Assembly: GCA_030704615.1 (NCBI GenBank)
Contig: CM060732.1
Coordinates: forward strand, 58,342,001-58,406,000
DNA length: 64,000 bases
DNA from: Takakia lepidozioides
Taxonomy: Eukaryota > Plantae > Bryophyta
Direction: 5' to 3'
In this document: one piece after another, positions 50,535 to 63,434 of the stretch
How positions within the stretch are numbered: the stretch's first letter is position 1
Layout of the letters: every line of letters begins with the position of its first letter
Program-made: the position numbers and the translations under genes
The notes under the pieces: generated by a model
What the model was told of the DNA's origin: nothing
The model's input: only the letters and a program-made list of their open reading frames with translations
The model's database searches: none

Positions 50535-53433
50535 ACTAAGTAATGAACAACCAGATGTGACAGGCATCTGGTGGGATCATGGTGGTTGGACCATTAAAAA
50601 ATTTGAAGTGAATCAAATTCCCTGTGGAACGAATGAGGAAAGATTGTCCAAACAATTCTTTCAAAGGTTCTTGGAATTGCCAGACGGTTGTAAAGGAAAA
50701 TATTCTTAAGCGAGTGCATGATGCTGATCCGGAATGGGGTCTGGAGAAAGGAGTGATAAAGATTTATCAGGTAGCCTGTAGAGAAAGAGCACGTTGGTTA
50801 CCAACATTGGTTATGTGATAGCATTGCTATCCATTAAGCGAGTAGAGTTTGAAGGCTGGGAAGAAAGAAAGGTGAATGTTTATACTCATATGCATGAAGA
50901 GCTTGTACTGGTAAAGAATTGGATTCCAAAGGATATTTTGTGGATCAAACTCACACCAAGAACAGCTTTTCAGACTTGTTTGCCATATGGTTATATGGTA
51001 ACGGACTTCAAGTATAGCCAAGGGTGCATTGAAGCTTGAAAGAAACCCAGGCATATACGAGAGATATTACAGAAGAGAGTTTTGGTTATTGCCACATTAA
51101 AAGAAAATGAAAGACATGGGACATGAGTGATGAAAGAGAAGCTAGACGAGAGATATTCAGCAAAAAGAGAAAGCTATCTGAAAGCTAATTATCCATATCT
51201 TTGGGAGAGAGGAATAGACATAGGGGAATCATCTGGACCTCTCACACCATTAAGATCAAAGAGTACATCACCCATACCGGAAGAACTAGAGTTGGATGCC
51301 ACTCCTTCGTTTCTTTGCAAGAAAGATTAAGGGAATTGGTACAGGAAGAAGATCAATCACGAGGTGAAAGATCTGAGGTACATCCTTGGATAAAAGATTT
51401 GACAGAAATCTTTGATAAGAGTTGGCATGGAACACCAAAAGCAGGAACTCCAGCTTCTGAAGCAGACGTGAAGAAGGAGAAGAGGATGTGGCAGAGCCAA
51501 CGGAGAGTTCAGACTCTCCAACACCATTACAGTTGAGTTACATGAGTGAAGAAGAAACCCAAGGGCAGAACTTGGAGGATGAAAACAGAGAGAAGAAATT
51601 GGAAGAGGAAAGATATGAAGAAGTAGACCCAGCAGCTGAGGTTGAGACTACAACCAGGACATCCCCAACCGTTGGACCTGGATCAAGTAGAGCACTTGGA
51701 TCACAGGCCAACGAAGGTGTCGGCTCAGGGGATCAGACGGGCTGCCTGGATCTGGCTCTGGGGACAGGGAGTGTGGGAAGTAGTGCAACTGAAGCTGGGA
51801 ATACCGTGAATATCGTGGGGCCGGAAGCAGGGAGTGCTCAAGGGCCACCACTTGGTGGAAGATCCACCACAAAAACAACAGGTCCAGGAGGACCAGCACC
51901 AGCAAGGGTGCCAGCACCTGTCAGTGGGCAGAAGGTAGGGCCACAGATGGCGTTACAACCAACACGGGCAAAACCACCATTTCTAATATATTCAGGAAAA
52001 GGGGATCCCGATGTACACATTAGCCAATTTGAGCACATGTGTATAGTAAACAATGAGAATGGCGATGATGCCAAGATGAGATTGTTTCCTTGTTCACTTA
52101 TCAAGAAAGCAAGTGAATGGTATGCAAGATTCCCTGATAATCATTTCCTAACTGGAATGGCTTGAATACAACATTTCGAAATAGGTTCAGGACAAGTAAA
52201 ACTGAGGATGAAGTGTATGGGAGTTTACAACAGCTGAAGCAGAAGAAGCATGAAACTGTTGAAGAGTATATGGAGAAGATGGAATTGATGATGAAAAAAC
52301 TGGCTGCAGTACCAGCACCCGTTTTACATAAGACTGGTTGTGAGTGGACTAAGACCGGAGTTGCAAAAGAAAGTGGATATGTTACCCCATAATACAGTGG
52401 AGGAGGGATTTGAAACTGCTAACAGAATTGAGCAATTGGGAATGCTCAGGAGAGAGAAAAAGGATGATGAGGACTCTGAGGATGAGTCAGATGAAGAAGA
52501 AGAGCAAGAACTAAAAAAAAGAGTAAGAGAAAGGAGAAGTTGAAGAGGGATAACTATGAAAAAAGATTGGAAGAAATCTTGAAGAAGTATGCCACAGAGG
52601 CTGTAACACATTGGAGGAAGGGTGTATGGTGTGCAAAGTGCCAGAATGAAGGCCATACCCACAGAATGCCACCTAAAGGAGAAACACACTGTACTATCTG
52701 TAAAATGGATAACCATTCTACTGAGAATTGTTACTACACAACAGAAGGACAGCTGCAAGAGAACCTAGGCAAGTAAGGGTGCATCAGGTGCAGCCCCAGC
52801 CAAGAAGAAACAATGATCAGGACCACTATGGTAGGTCTGGTGGTTATAACAATGGCATGGAAGGGAGAGGTAATTCAAGAGGGAATTACCAAGGAAATTC
52901 CAGAGGCAACTATCGGGTAATCCAAGGGGAATTACCAGCCCGGGAATCAGGATTATAGAAATAATCCAAGAACAGACCAAGGGCGAGGACCCTAATGGTG
53001 AAGAACTATGTTACTATTGTAATCAGCCAGGACATCGCAGGGCAGCCTGTTCATTCTGGATAAGACACCAGAATGAGATGAGAGCTCCTGTGAATGAGGG
53101 CCCAGTGGTGGCAGCTCACATGGTTAGGCCATGTGTTGTACAGAAGTAAGTACAATGATAGTAACAGAAGTAAAGCCAAACTAATACCTCCAGTAGTAGA
53201 GGAAGAAGATGATAATGAAGGTGGCAATGATATGCCTGAAGATGAAGAGACTTGGAAGATGAGAAGGAACTGCACATGGAAGTGGCAGATACTATAAGGG
53301 AAATGCAAAAGAGTACTGATATTCCTGTGGCAGATTCCTCTGATTCTGATGGAGAAGAAGAAGGGAGTGAGGAAGAAAGGAAGAAAGAAGATGTAGACAT
53401 GCAAAGTAATGAAGAGACTTTGGCTGAAGTAAT

Positions 53434-54294
53434 TGTTAGAGGACTGTAGGGGACTTAGACACTTATACGGGATCTGTAGGGTACCCTTAATTTTTGCACA
53501 GACTGAGACCAACAGGAGCCTAGGGGTGACAGCAGCGCACTGTAGAGGGGGGTTACAGCTCACAGTCGTCAGCTCACAGTCGTCACAGCCCACTTCATCA
53601 CAGTAGTCGCACAGCCAGTCACAGCCCGTCACAGTTTCACACAGCCAGTCACAGCTTGACACAGCTATCACGATCATAGGGAACGAAGAGTAGGACAGGA
53701 ACGACTGTGGGAACAACACCTGCGAAGGGAACATGTTAGTTCACAGACGACGGTTAGTGAGGAAACGGTTAGAACTGCGGATAGGAGATAAAGGGAAAAA
53801 CGGGGAATTGAGGGGATCATTATTCGGAGGAGGACTTCTTAGTCAGGCTGGAGCGGAGATCGGAAGCAAAAGATGGAGAGCACGGTGAAGGAGGAAAGAG
53901 GATTAGTAGATGCTTGTTATATGCAAAGCGGTAGTGATATTGTAGAGCAGATTAGAGACATAATGGCTTCGGTCTGATACCTGATAAATCATAATCTGAT
54001 ACTTACACGATACAATCACACTGTGTAGAGAGATCTGAGTGAAGCTGTGGATTGAATGGATGAGTGAAGGAAACTGATAGATTGATGAAGCAAACTAATA
54101 CTTAATTATCAATGGTAAGGTAGCTAAGATGAATGCGAAAAGGGAAACAAATAGGAAACACCCCCATGATACACTAGCTGTAGGTCATGACTGATTGTTC
54201 TGCGCGGGCTGAGTACTTAGAGATTTCCAACTCTTCTATCTTGGAGTTTCCGCCTCGGATAGCAAAGGGATGGGTGAGTAAAAGCCGCGCGACA
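53434..54294 (+). mobile_element. Solo LTR of family A inserted into family A gag-pol
   Basis: TSD GTAAT at 53429-53433 and 54295-54299; flanks rejoin as ETLAEVI|CQTKAEITIGQLL. Confidence 0.93.
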
Positions 54295-57200
54295 GTAATA
54301 TGCCAGACCAAAGCAGAAATTACCATTGGACAGCTATTAGCTGTGGCACCTTATTGTAGGCACAGGCTGTATCAAGCAATCAATCGAATTGCCCAGGAGA
54401 CAGGAAACACAGACCTGAACAGCAAGGTGACCAGTTATAATGTGAAGCCGGAAGGGCGAGAAACAGTCATGGACTTTGATGATTCTATGCCAGTAATCCA
54501 ATTGAGAATTGGAAGCACAGAACTAACTGATGTACTGATAGATGGAGGTTCTGGAGTAAATATCATGACAGACCAATTCAGGAAGAAGCTGGTCTAAGTA
54601 CATGAACCAGCCCCATTACAGTAATAATGGCAGATCAAAGAAGTGTACAGCCATTGGGATTAATAAGAGGAGTTAAGATACAGATACAGAAGATGATCTT
54701 TATGATCACAGTAACTGTGTTGAAACTGGATGAAGTCATGGAGGCTTACTCCTTATTATTGGGACGGCCTTGGCTGAAACAGGCCAGGGTATTCCATGAC
54801 TGGAATTCTCAGTTACTAACCGTGCATAATGGGATACACGAGATACAAATTACACAAAGAAATCTAGTAGATTACCTGCTACAAGAAGACCTCGAGGAGT
54901 CAGAGAGTATGACTGGAAAGGAGGACTGGATGAGGAGCAGGAAGCTACCCTATTTGCTGCACACCCAGAGTGGGAGCAGGTTGCAGAGATGCGGCTGGAA
55001 AGCCTAAGTTGTTTGAGAGGTATCTGCTGTGGTGTAGTGACAGCAACACCAACTGAAGAGGAAACCAGCATTTACCCATCACATTTCTATGAAGAAGAGA
55101 AGAAGAAATAGAAATCCTAGAAGAAACCAGCCACTGTGAGCTTACAGGATGAAGTGGTGACTGGTTGGACAATCACAGCTGATGAGCAGGTGAGGGAAGT
55201 AAATGTGGGAACTAAAGAGGAACCGAGGATGGTGGAAGTAGAGCTGATTTGGAGCCGGAATTCTTCGAAGAGCTAAAAGCTTGTTCATCAAATACAGAGA
55301 TGTATTTGCTTGGAGCTATGAGGATCTAAAGGGGATACCACCTGAAGTCTGTCAGCATAAGATTGAACTGGAACCAGGGTCAGTACCAATCAAGCAGGCG
55401 AGGTATAGAATGAATCCCAACTACGCACAGAAGGTTGGAGAAGAGATAAAGAAGTTGGCTGAGGCTAAGTTTATATACCCAATAGAGTATACAACTTGGT
55501 TGTCACCCATTGTTATAGTTCCCAAGAAGAATGGCAAACTAAGAGTATGTGTGAACTATAAGAAGCTGAATGCTTGTACGAAGAAAGATCCTTTCCCTTT
55601 GCCATTCACAGAAGCAGTATTAGACACTGTGCAGGCCATGAGACTCATTCATGGATGGCTTCAGTGGTTATAATCAAGTGCAAGTGGCAGAAGAAGACCA
55701 AGGGAAAACAGCTTTCATCACAGACTGGGGGGCTTATGCATACAAAGTCATGCCCTTTGGACTTTGTAATGCACCAGCGACCTTTCAGAGAGTGATAAGT
55801 GAATCTTTTCATGAGTATCTGGATGATTTCATGCAGGTATTCTTGGATGATTTCAGTGTGTACAGCTCTAAGAATGAGCACTTGCATAAATTGGAGTTAT
55901 GTTTGGCCAGATGCAGGATGAGAGGTCAGGGACTGAATCCAGAGAAATGTACTTTCTGTGTGAACTTAGGGGTGCTTCTGGGACACATTGTGTGTAAGAA
56001 GGGACTCATTGTGGATCCCAGAAAGACAGAGTCCATTAAAGCCTCTCCACCACCAGTGAATGTTAAAAGTCTACGAAGATTCCTTGGGCAAACCAGTTAT
56101 TACAGGAGATTTGTCAAAAGGTATGCACAAATAGCAGCACCATTGAGCAAACTACTGAAGAAAGATGCAGTGTTTGCCTGGACAGCTGAATGTCAACAGG
56201 CGTTTTGAGGAACTTACACTGTCAGTAACAACTACACCTCTGCTGATTAACCCTCACTGGCATGTAGTATTTCATGTTCACTGCGATGCATTCAGGAGAA
56301 GCGTTGGAGCGGTGTTAGCCCAGAATGTTACAGGAAATATAGATTCACCTGTGTACTATGCTAGCCGGTTGATGAACAGTGCTGAAAGGAACTATAGCAC
56401 AACGGAAATAGAAGCATTGGCAATGATCTATGCAGTGAAGAAATTCAGGCACCTGTTGGGCAAAAGTTTATGTTCTATGTGGATCACCAGGCTCTGATAT
56501 GGGTAACAAACCTCTGATAAGCGGAAGAATGCAAGATGGTTGATATCTTGCACGAGTTTTGAGTTCGAGGTTGTTTACAAGCCTGGGAGCTGCATCTTGT
56601 GGCATCATTTGTCACGGTTATCAACAGGAGAACCAGCCACAGAATAGATGACAATTACCAGATTGCGAGTCTCTTTGCAGTGGAGGTGCAGGGAAGTGCA
56701 GATGACTGGTTAGATTGGCAGTGGCCAATCAGATACTACCTTGCTCATTGGTCAGTGCCCACTAGTTATGGTAAGGAGCAGAGGAAGAGAATCGCTATCA
56801 AAGCTTTACCTTATACTATGGTAGGAAGATTAAGCTAGGACCAGATGGAGTACTAAAACGATGCTTGTACCACCATGAAGTAAATAAAGTTTTGGAGGAA
56901 GTTCATAAAGGAGTGGCTGGAGGTCATTTTGGAGAAGAGACTACCAGTAGGAAGATACTACTCGCAGGTTATTGGTGGCCTACTTTGTTCAAGATGTACA
57001 CGAGTATTGTCAGAGTTGTGATGAACGTCAGAGGGCTAGGACCTTTGCAGAGATCTGGAAGGATGGCCTTGCATCCTACAATGCCTACGGAACCATTTCA
57101 AAAATGGGGACTAGACTTTGTTGGACCGATAAATCCAGCCAAGAATACACGGAACAGGTACATAATACAGCCACTGATTATACTACGAAGGGTGGAAGCT

Positions 57201-60098
57201 AAAGCTTTGAGGGACAACACAGCCAAGTCCACAGCAAGGTTTCCTGTACGAGAACATACTTACAACGATTTGGCTGTCCTTAGAATCTATCAGTGATCAG
57301 GGAAGTCACTTTCATGAATGAGACCATTGAGTGTTGACTAAAGAGTTCATGATTGTACATAGAAAGAGTACAACAATTACCACAGAGGGTAACAGGCAAA
57401 GGCTACCAACAAATACTATGTACTATCTTGGCTAAGATAGTCAATGCAAACAGAACTGATTGGGATACAAAGCTGCTGACAGCTTTGTGGTCATACATGA
57501 CTTCCTATAAAAGTCACCACTAAGTATACACCATTCCAATTAGTTTATGGTATGGAAGCCTTATTTCCAGTGGAATTCCTGTTACCTACCATGTGGGGAA
57601 AAAGAATTGGATTGCCATTTCATTAAGGTCAGGAAACATGAATTATACCATGTGGAAGAAGTACGTGCTGATGCAGCTGATAATATGACCAGAATTCAGA
57701 TGAAGAGGAAGGAACAGTTTGATGAAGACAAGTTAAAAACCTTTAAGACGGGAGATTTGGTTCTATGGTTGCAGAAAAAGGGAAAGATTAAAGCTTCTAA
57801 GCTTAAATCACCATGGAAAGGACCTTATGTCATACAAAAGATGTATGATAACAACACCCATGTTACAAACCATTAATAAAGAAATGCTGGGAAGAGTCAA
57901 TGCCAATAAGTTGAAGGGGTATAGTGGTATCCATGACAAACCATTGCAGCATGATTTGCATGTTGAAACGCAAGAGCAGTCACGGACTGCACCGGGGTTA
58001 CAAACGGAGTATGGAGCACTTGTCGCTAGGCCAAGCACATATGATCAGGGCGGGCAAAACAAGCGTGACACAGCCTATCACAGCCCATCAAGGCGAACCA
58101 CAGCCTATAACAGCCAAAACAAGCGTGACACAGCCTATCACAGCCCAGCACGGCGCGACACAACCTATCACAACCTACCACAGCGTGTCACAGCCTATCA
58201 CAGCTTACCACAACATATCACAGCCTATCACAGCTTACCACAGTGCACACCCATCACAGTGTACCCCAGACACAGCCTCTCACAGCTCAACACAGCCTAC
58301 TAGGGTTACACGATCCATAGAATCAGTGACAGGGTGGACGCATAATAACTTCAGGAAAATGGCTGACGGAAGAAAAAACGGAAACTAGTTTAAAAATAGA
58401 CACGTGGAGGTCAGGGCGCGACACACAGCTGAGAAGGAAGTGCAAGACCAGGTGTCATAAGAAAGAGGACAAGAACGGCCGTCAAAAGGGATGAAAGGCG
58501 GGCCCATTAATGAATACGGGAAAAGGGAAACGGAACGAACGGCAAGTACAGAAAAGCGAAATTCTTGTCACATGTGTGATCCTAGTGGACTATCCAGCAG
58601 GGAAAGTCCACTAACAAAGAAAATAAAATCTAAAATCCAGTCACAGCGGATACAGCCAATAGAAAACCAGAGAAAGGATCAAGAAAATGGAAGGAAATTG
58701 AGCGCAAGAGGCGGCGTCGTTTCTGAGTAACGGGCGTCTCGACGGGACAGACCATCAATGCTATAGCTTGGAAACTATGGAGGAACTAAGAGATTATACG
58801 CTCGCAAATTATACGGCAGCATAGACACGAAAGAACAGAGCGGAGCTTTTCTCTTGAGCGATGCTTGCAAGCCCCGCAAGCTTACAAGAAATTACCCATA
58901 GCTTTCTGTGGCAACCATACGTTTATGCTTTGTGTATTACAGGCATTTCTGCAGTTGTTACAGCCAAAACAGTTCTGTGAGTCTAAAATGAAGAGAGTGA
59001 GAGGAATGGAGGAAATCAGGGTGAAGAGCACCACAATTCTGCAGAAACAAACGATTGCTACCCCATAGGCGATACAGATACTGGAGGAGCTGAGATTGCA
59101 AGGATTGCAAAGCCTAGATTGGACATTACACCATAGACAGTACATGTTACAATTTTTGCAGAACTTTGAGCCAAGGACAGGAACAACAACGGTGAAGGGA
59201 GTTTTGAATTAATGATTACTCCCCTATACCTCCAGCAATTGTTTCGATTGCCAGCAGGTCAGGTGCATGTGGAGGAACACAGGGCAAGACTGCAAATAGG
59301 GGGACTTATTCCAAGAAGGGAGTTTCTTTAAAACTCAGGGTTATGCTTGTACCAAGGCTGTGTACCCAGGGCTAAAAGAGGTAGGCCAGGTATTGAACGT
59401 TCTGATTGCCATGAAACAGAACCAACAGTATTTGAGCAGATCCTTCACGGAGGAAATACTCAAAGGCCTGAAGGGACAAGAGGTACAATGGGCGGACATA
59501 ATGTACAACGCACTGGTGGAAGAGATGAAGAGATTACAAGGTACTACCGCAAAGTCTCCTATCATAGTGTCTGGCCCAATCATTGCTCAAATAATTCTTG
59601 ATTCTGGCATACTTGATGCGCAAGAAAGAAAGGAGATGTGAGTGTTTGAGCCAGAAACCACTGCAATGGGAAGAGCAAGGATCTTCACACAGTGAGGGTG
59701 GACTAGCAGGGCAACCCGAGACTAAGAGGCAGAGACGGGGAAAGATGTAGTGGCGGATCCACTGGCTTCACGGATTCCGCATGATAATGTTTCCCAAGCT
59801 CATGTGCAGGAAGGGGCACAGCAGCACAGAGAAATGCTATTACTGGAAGCAGGACCTTCAGAGAGGGAGGAGGAAGTTACTTCAGCATCACAACCATCAC
59901 AGCCAGCTGATCGACTTGTCACAAGGTCACAAGTTGTCCATGCAGCTCAACCAGAAATAATTGATTTGGAAAGAGAAGGGTTAGATATTCCAACTACAGA
60001 ACAGATAGTGGCAGAAATGGAGAAGGGGGACCTTCTCTATGAATATTCTGGTCTGGTCAAGGAGACAGAGATTCCAGAGGTGCAACAGTTGCCCAGGG

Positions 60099-60391
60099 TG
60101 GGTCAACCACGAGCAGCATTACCTACACTGCTCAGCTTTCCAGGATCTCATGCTTTCCGGGATAGTGGACCTGACCTCCTATGGGATGCTCAGTTGCAGC
60201 AGTTAGTGAAGCCTAATGCTGACGAGCGAGAGCGGGCTATGGGGTTTTTCACTGGGATCACGGCGACGCCTTCTCTTTCTGAGGCATCACGTCGTCAGGT
60301 GTTGGGGCAAGCAATGGATCTCAATTGCTTGACCTGGATTATCAGCTTGGCTATGGCTGAGCAACGTAGAGTGCGAAGTGCACTTCCTTGA
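60099..60391 (+). pseudogene. C5 cytosine DNA methyltransferase C-terminal part (target-recognition region, motifs IX-X), DNMT3/DRM-like
   Basis: LPTL...ERERAMGFFTGITATPSLSEASRRQVLGQAMD aligns with DNMT3A RTI...[32 protein letters not shown]. Confidence 0.8.
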
Positions 60392-60829
60392 CGGTCTCTC
60401 TGCCTACCGAGACAGTACAGGCAGCGAGTGGGGGCGAGTCGGTGAGGACCACGGGGTGTAGACATCCATGCTCGAGGTTCAGAGGGAGTTGGCAGCCAAG
60501 GCAGCTGTGATATTGGGGATTCTTCTCGGGTTGAGGAGGTCCTCAATGATGAGATGATGGGGCATGATGAGGTCTTTTCATTGACTGAGCAGGCAGGGAG
60601 TATTGCTCAAGAGGTTGCAGCATAGCAACCACGGGATGCGTCCTCTTCCTCTAAGTCTGCTGGACTTAAGGTTGCAGTTACGGAGGACAATTGGGAGCCT
60701 GATATTGGACCCATTGTCACCGGAGGAGAGAGACGACGTATACGGCGGTTCTTGAGGGCTTACAAGAATTGCTTTGCCTTCAATTTGAAGGACTTATGAG
60801 CACTGAAGGGTCAAGAGATTCGCATTGAA

Positions 60830-63175
60830 TTGGCTACTGACACGCCAATCTTTTGGAGACCCTATAGATACAGTGACATGGAGAGATCCTTGATTCAGAT
60901 GACTTTGGGGTGGTTTGGAGCTATCTGGGGAGAGTATGCTTCAGCCACAGTGATGCCAGCCAAGAAGGATGTCTATGGCAATTGGACGGAGAGACGTATG
61001 TGCGGTGATTACCGGCCTGTAAATCGTCAGACCAAGTCCGATAGGTATGCCATGCCGACACCAGAGGAGATCTTTGATGCCATTGGGCATGCCAAGGTCT
61101 TTAACACTTTGGATTTACGATCCGGATATCACCAGGCGCCCATCTTGAGACGACCTATCAGGGGGCGTCCTTTTCAGCTGCATACGGATTGGAGCATGCT
61201 GGGGCTTGGAGCGGTGCTCACACAGGTGGATGATGAGGGAAAAGAGTTCGTAGTGGCTTATGCTAGCCGCTCAAACAACGCTGCAGAGTCTAAGTATAGC
61301 TCATATGAGGGAGAATGCTTAGCTGCAGTGTGGGCTGTGGCACACTTCAGATGCTATCTATACGGCAATCTCTTCACCCTTGTCACGGATCACCAACCAC
61401 TCAAGTGGTTGATGGAGTCAAACAAGCTTACGGGGAAGCTTGCACGGTGGGCACTCATACTCCAGGAGTATGACTTTCAGGTTGTGCATCGACCGGGTTT
61501 GGTCAATCGGGATGCGGATGGATTGAGTCGCAATCCATGCACGAGCCAGCAAGATGACACTGGAGCTCGGTGGCATGGTGAGACGGACGAGGAGATGGTG
61601 CCGGGATGGCACGCATCTGCATTTTTGTGTATCTTGGCATCGGGAGGTCAGGTTGGACCTACAACAGGGATGACTATGGACGGAGTGTCTGAGGACCCTG
61701 AGGCTAGTGATGAGCCAGGTGGTGCCAAAGATATATATGAGGATTTGGCTGTGTTGGGCTACCTCCGCACGGGAGACACGACAGCCACTGTGACTGCCAG
61801 GGAGAGGGATCGGATCCTGCAACGAGCGAAGAGGTTCAAGTGGGAGGGGATACACCTACTTCGAGTGTGGGAGGATGGTTGGGTGAGGATTGTGCCTCAC
61901 CCCACACAGCGTGCACGGTTAGTGCGGCATGCCCATGAGGAGTTGGGGCATTTTGGAGTGCGACGCACTTACAGTTTACTGCAGGGGCAGTATTGGTGCC
62001 GTGGTATGCATACAGAGGTGCAACAATTCGTGGCTAGGTGCATGGTGTGTGACAGGGTGCGTGCTTCATTCAACGCCCCTACACCACAGTTGCATCCTTT
62101 ACCAATCATGGGATTGGGCTACAGGTGGAGTCTTGACTTCGCAGGACCGTTGCCACTAACTATGCGCCACCACAGATATGTGTTGGTGATGGTGGAGCAC
62201 TTCTCCAAGTGGATTGAGTTGGTTCCATTGCCTGACAAGGCTAGTGAGGGGGCTGGGTATGCATTCTTGGATCGTGTGCTTAGCCGATTTGGTGCTCCAG
62301 CTGAGGTACTCACGGACCAAGGGAGAGAGTTCTTGGGGGAGTTTGAGGCTTTGTGTGATAAAGCCTTGATAGACCACCGCACCACTTCTCGGGATCATCC
62401 TGAGGCCGATGGCTTGGCAGAGAGAGTTGTTCAGACGGTGAAAGAGGGTTTGCGCAAGTATGGCTTGCAGAAGGGACATCTAGGAGATTGGGATCTTCAA
62501 GTTCCTTGGTTAGCCATGGGCTACAGGTTCAGCAAACAAACATCACTTGCCTCCTTCTCACCATATTTCCCTCTCTTTGGCCGAGAGCCGGATTTGCCTG
62601 CAGCCATTTGTAGGGACACTGCTCAAGTCCTTAACCTTGACGATCCGGACGTGTGGGTACGTGCATGTGATCAGCGTGCAGAGTTGTTCAAGAAAGTCAT
62701 GCCCATGGCTTTTGAGAACCTTGCCATTGCACAACACCGTGATACGTTGAGGTATGCCACTATACGTGGTGGAGGATATCGTCCTGGGGTTCGGAGGTTT
62801 AGCCCTGGTGACTATGTTTATTTGCAGCAGACTGCTCCTACGACTCTGGATGTTACTGCAGGGCGTGTTATTCTGAGGGTTCAAGAGGTGTTGTCCTCAG
62901 GAGTCCTGATCTTGGAGGGTCGGGATGGCATGACTTGGAAGGATCATGTGCGTAATCGTGCGCCATGTCACCTTCCCAATGTCGATGGCAGAGTTGACCC
63001 AAACTTGGCAGTGGTACCTGCAGGTTTGAGGTGCATGCTCTGTGGGTCTGCCAAAGGGGTAGCCACCATGCTGGTGTGTGATCGATGCTCAAGAGGTTGG
63101 CATATGGGATGCTTGATACCACCTCTTGAGAGGGTTCCTGATGGAGATTGGTTATGTCCACACTGCTTAGGATAG
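60830..63175 (+). CDS. Gypsy pol: partial RT, RNase H, intact integrase, C-terminal PHD finger
   Basis: CGDYRPVN, LDLRSGYHQ; HTDWS, YEGECLA, TDHQPL, ADGLSR; HHCC, LDFAGP, TDQG, AER; C4HC3 PHD at 63032-63166. Confidence 0.9.
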   Translation: MATDTPIFWRPYRYSDMERSLIQMTLGWFGAIWGEYASATVMPAKKDVYGNWTERRMCGDYRPVNRQTKSDRYAMPTPEEIFDAIGHAKVFNTLDLRSGYHQAPILRRPIRGRPFQLHTDWSMLGLGAVLTQVDDEGKEFVVAYASRSNNAAESKYSSYEGECLAAVWAVAHFRCYLYGNLFTLVTDHQPLKWLMESNKLTGKLARWALILQEYDFQVVHRPGLVNRDADGLSRNPCTSQQDDTGARWHGETDEEMVPGWHASAFLCILASGGQVGPTTGMTMDGVSEDPEASDEPGGAKDIYEDLAVLGYLRTGDTTATVTARERDRILQRAKRFKWEGIHLLRVWEDGWVRIVPHPTQRARLVRHAHEELGHFGVRRTYSLLQGQYWCRGMHTEVQQFVARCMVCDRVRASFNAPTPQLHPLPIMGLGYRWSLDFAGPLPLTMRHHRYVLVMVEHFSKWIELVPLPDKASEGAGYAFLDRVLSRFGAPAEVLTDQGREFLGEFEALCDKALIDHRTTSRDHPEADGLAERVVQTVKEGLRKYGLQKGHLGDWDLQVPWLAMGYRFSKQTSLASFSPYFPLFGREPDLPAAICRDTAQVLNLDDPDVWVRACDQRAELFKKVMPMAFENLAIAQHRDTLRYATIRGGGYRPGVRRFSPGDYVYLQQTAPTTLDVTAGRVILRVQEVLSSGVLILEGRDGMTWKDHVRNRAPCHLPNVDGRVDPNLAVVPAGLRCMLCGSAKGVATMLVCDRCSRGWHMGCLIPPLERVPDGDWLCPHCLG

Positions 63176-63434
63176 TGGCAGTGGACATGACTAGAGGCAG
63201 CTAACAAGACATGGGGGCCAAGCTCAGAGGAGTCAATACACGAGATCCCAGGCTCAAGTTCACAGGTTGCACGACGGCGACTAACGATGGGGCAACTCTT
63301 GCACCCGGCCTCTTGATCTATTGAGTTTGAGTGTAGTAGGGACAGAGGTGGAGGACTTAGTGAGGCTATGGTCACTATCACACCTTGTGGCTACCTGGAC
63401 TTAGAGGGACCTAAGCACCAGCTAGGGGGGCGAT

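Larger units (their letters stand above)
49580..60098 (+). mobile_element. Ty3/Gypsy family A copy 3 (5' LTR, PBS, gag, PR, RT, RH, INT, extra ORF), 3'-truncated and heavily frameshifted
   Basis: gag YSGKGDPDVHI..RLFPCSL..ASEWY; CCHC knuckles; protease LIDGGSGVN; FLDD; integrase motifs. Confidence 0.95.

Noticed and set aside
49580-54294. Complete gag-only LTR element bounded by two LTRs
   Set aside because: The second LTR has its own GTAAT TSD, no PPT precedes it, and gag-pol continues after it.
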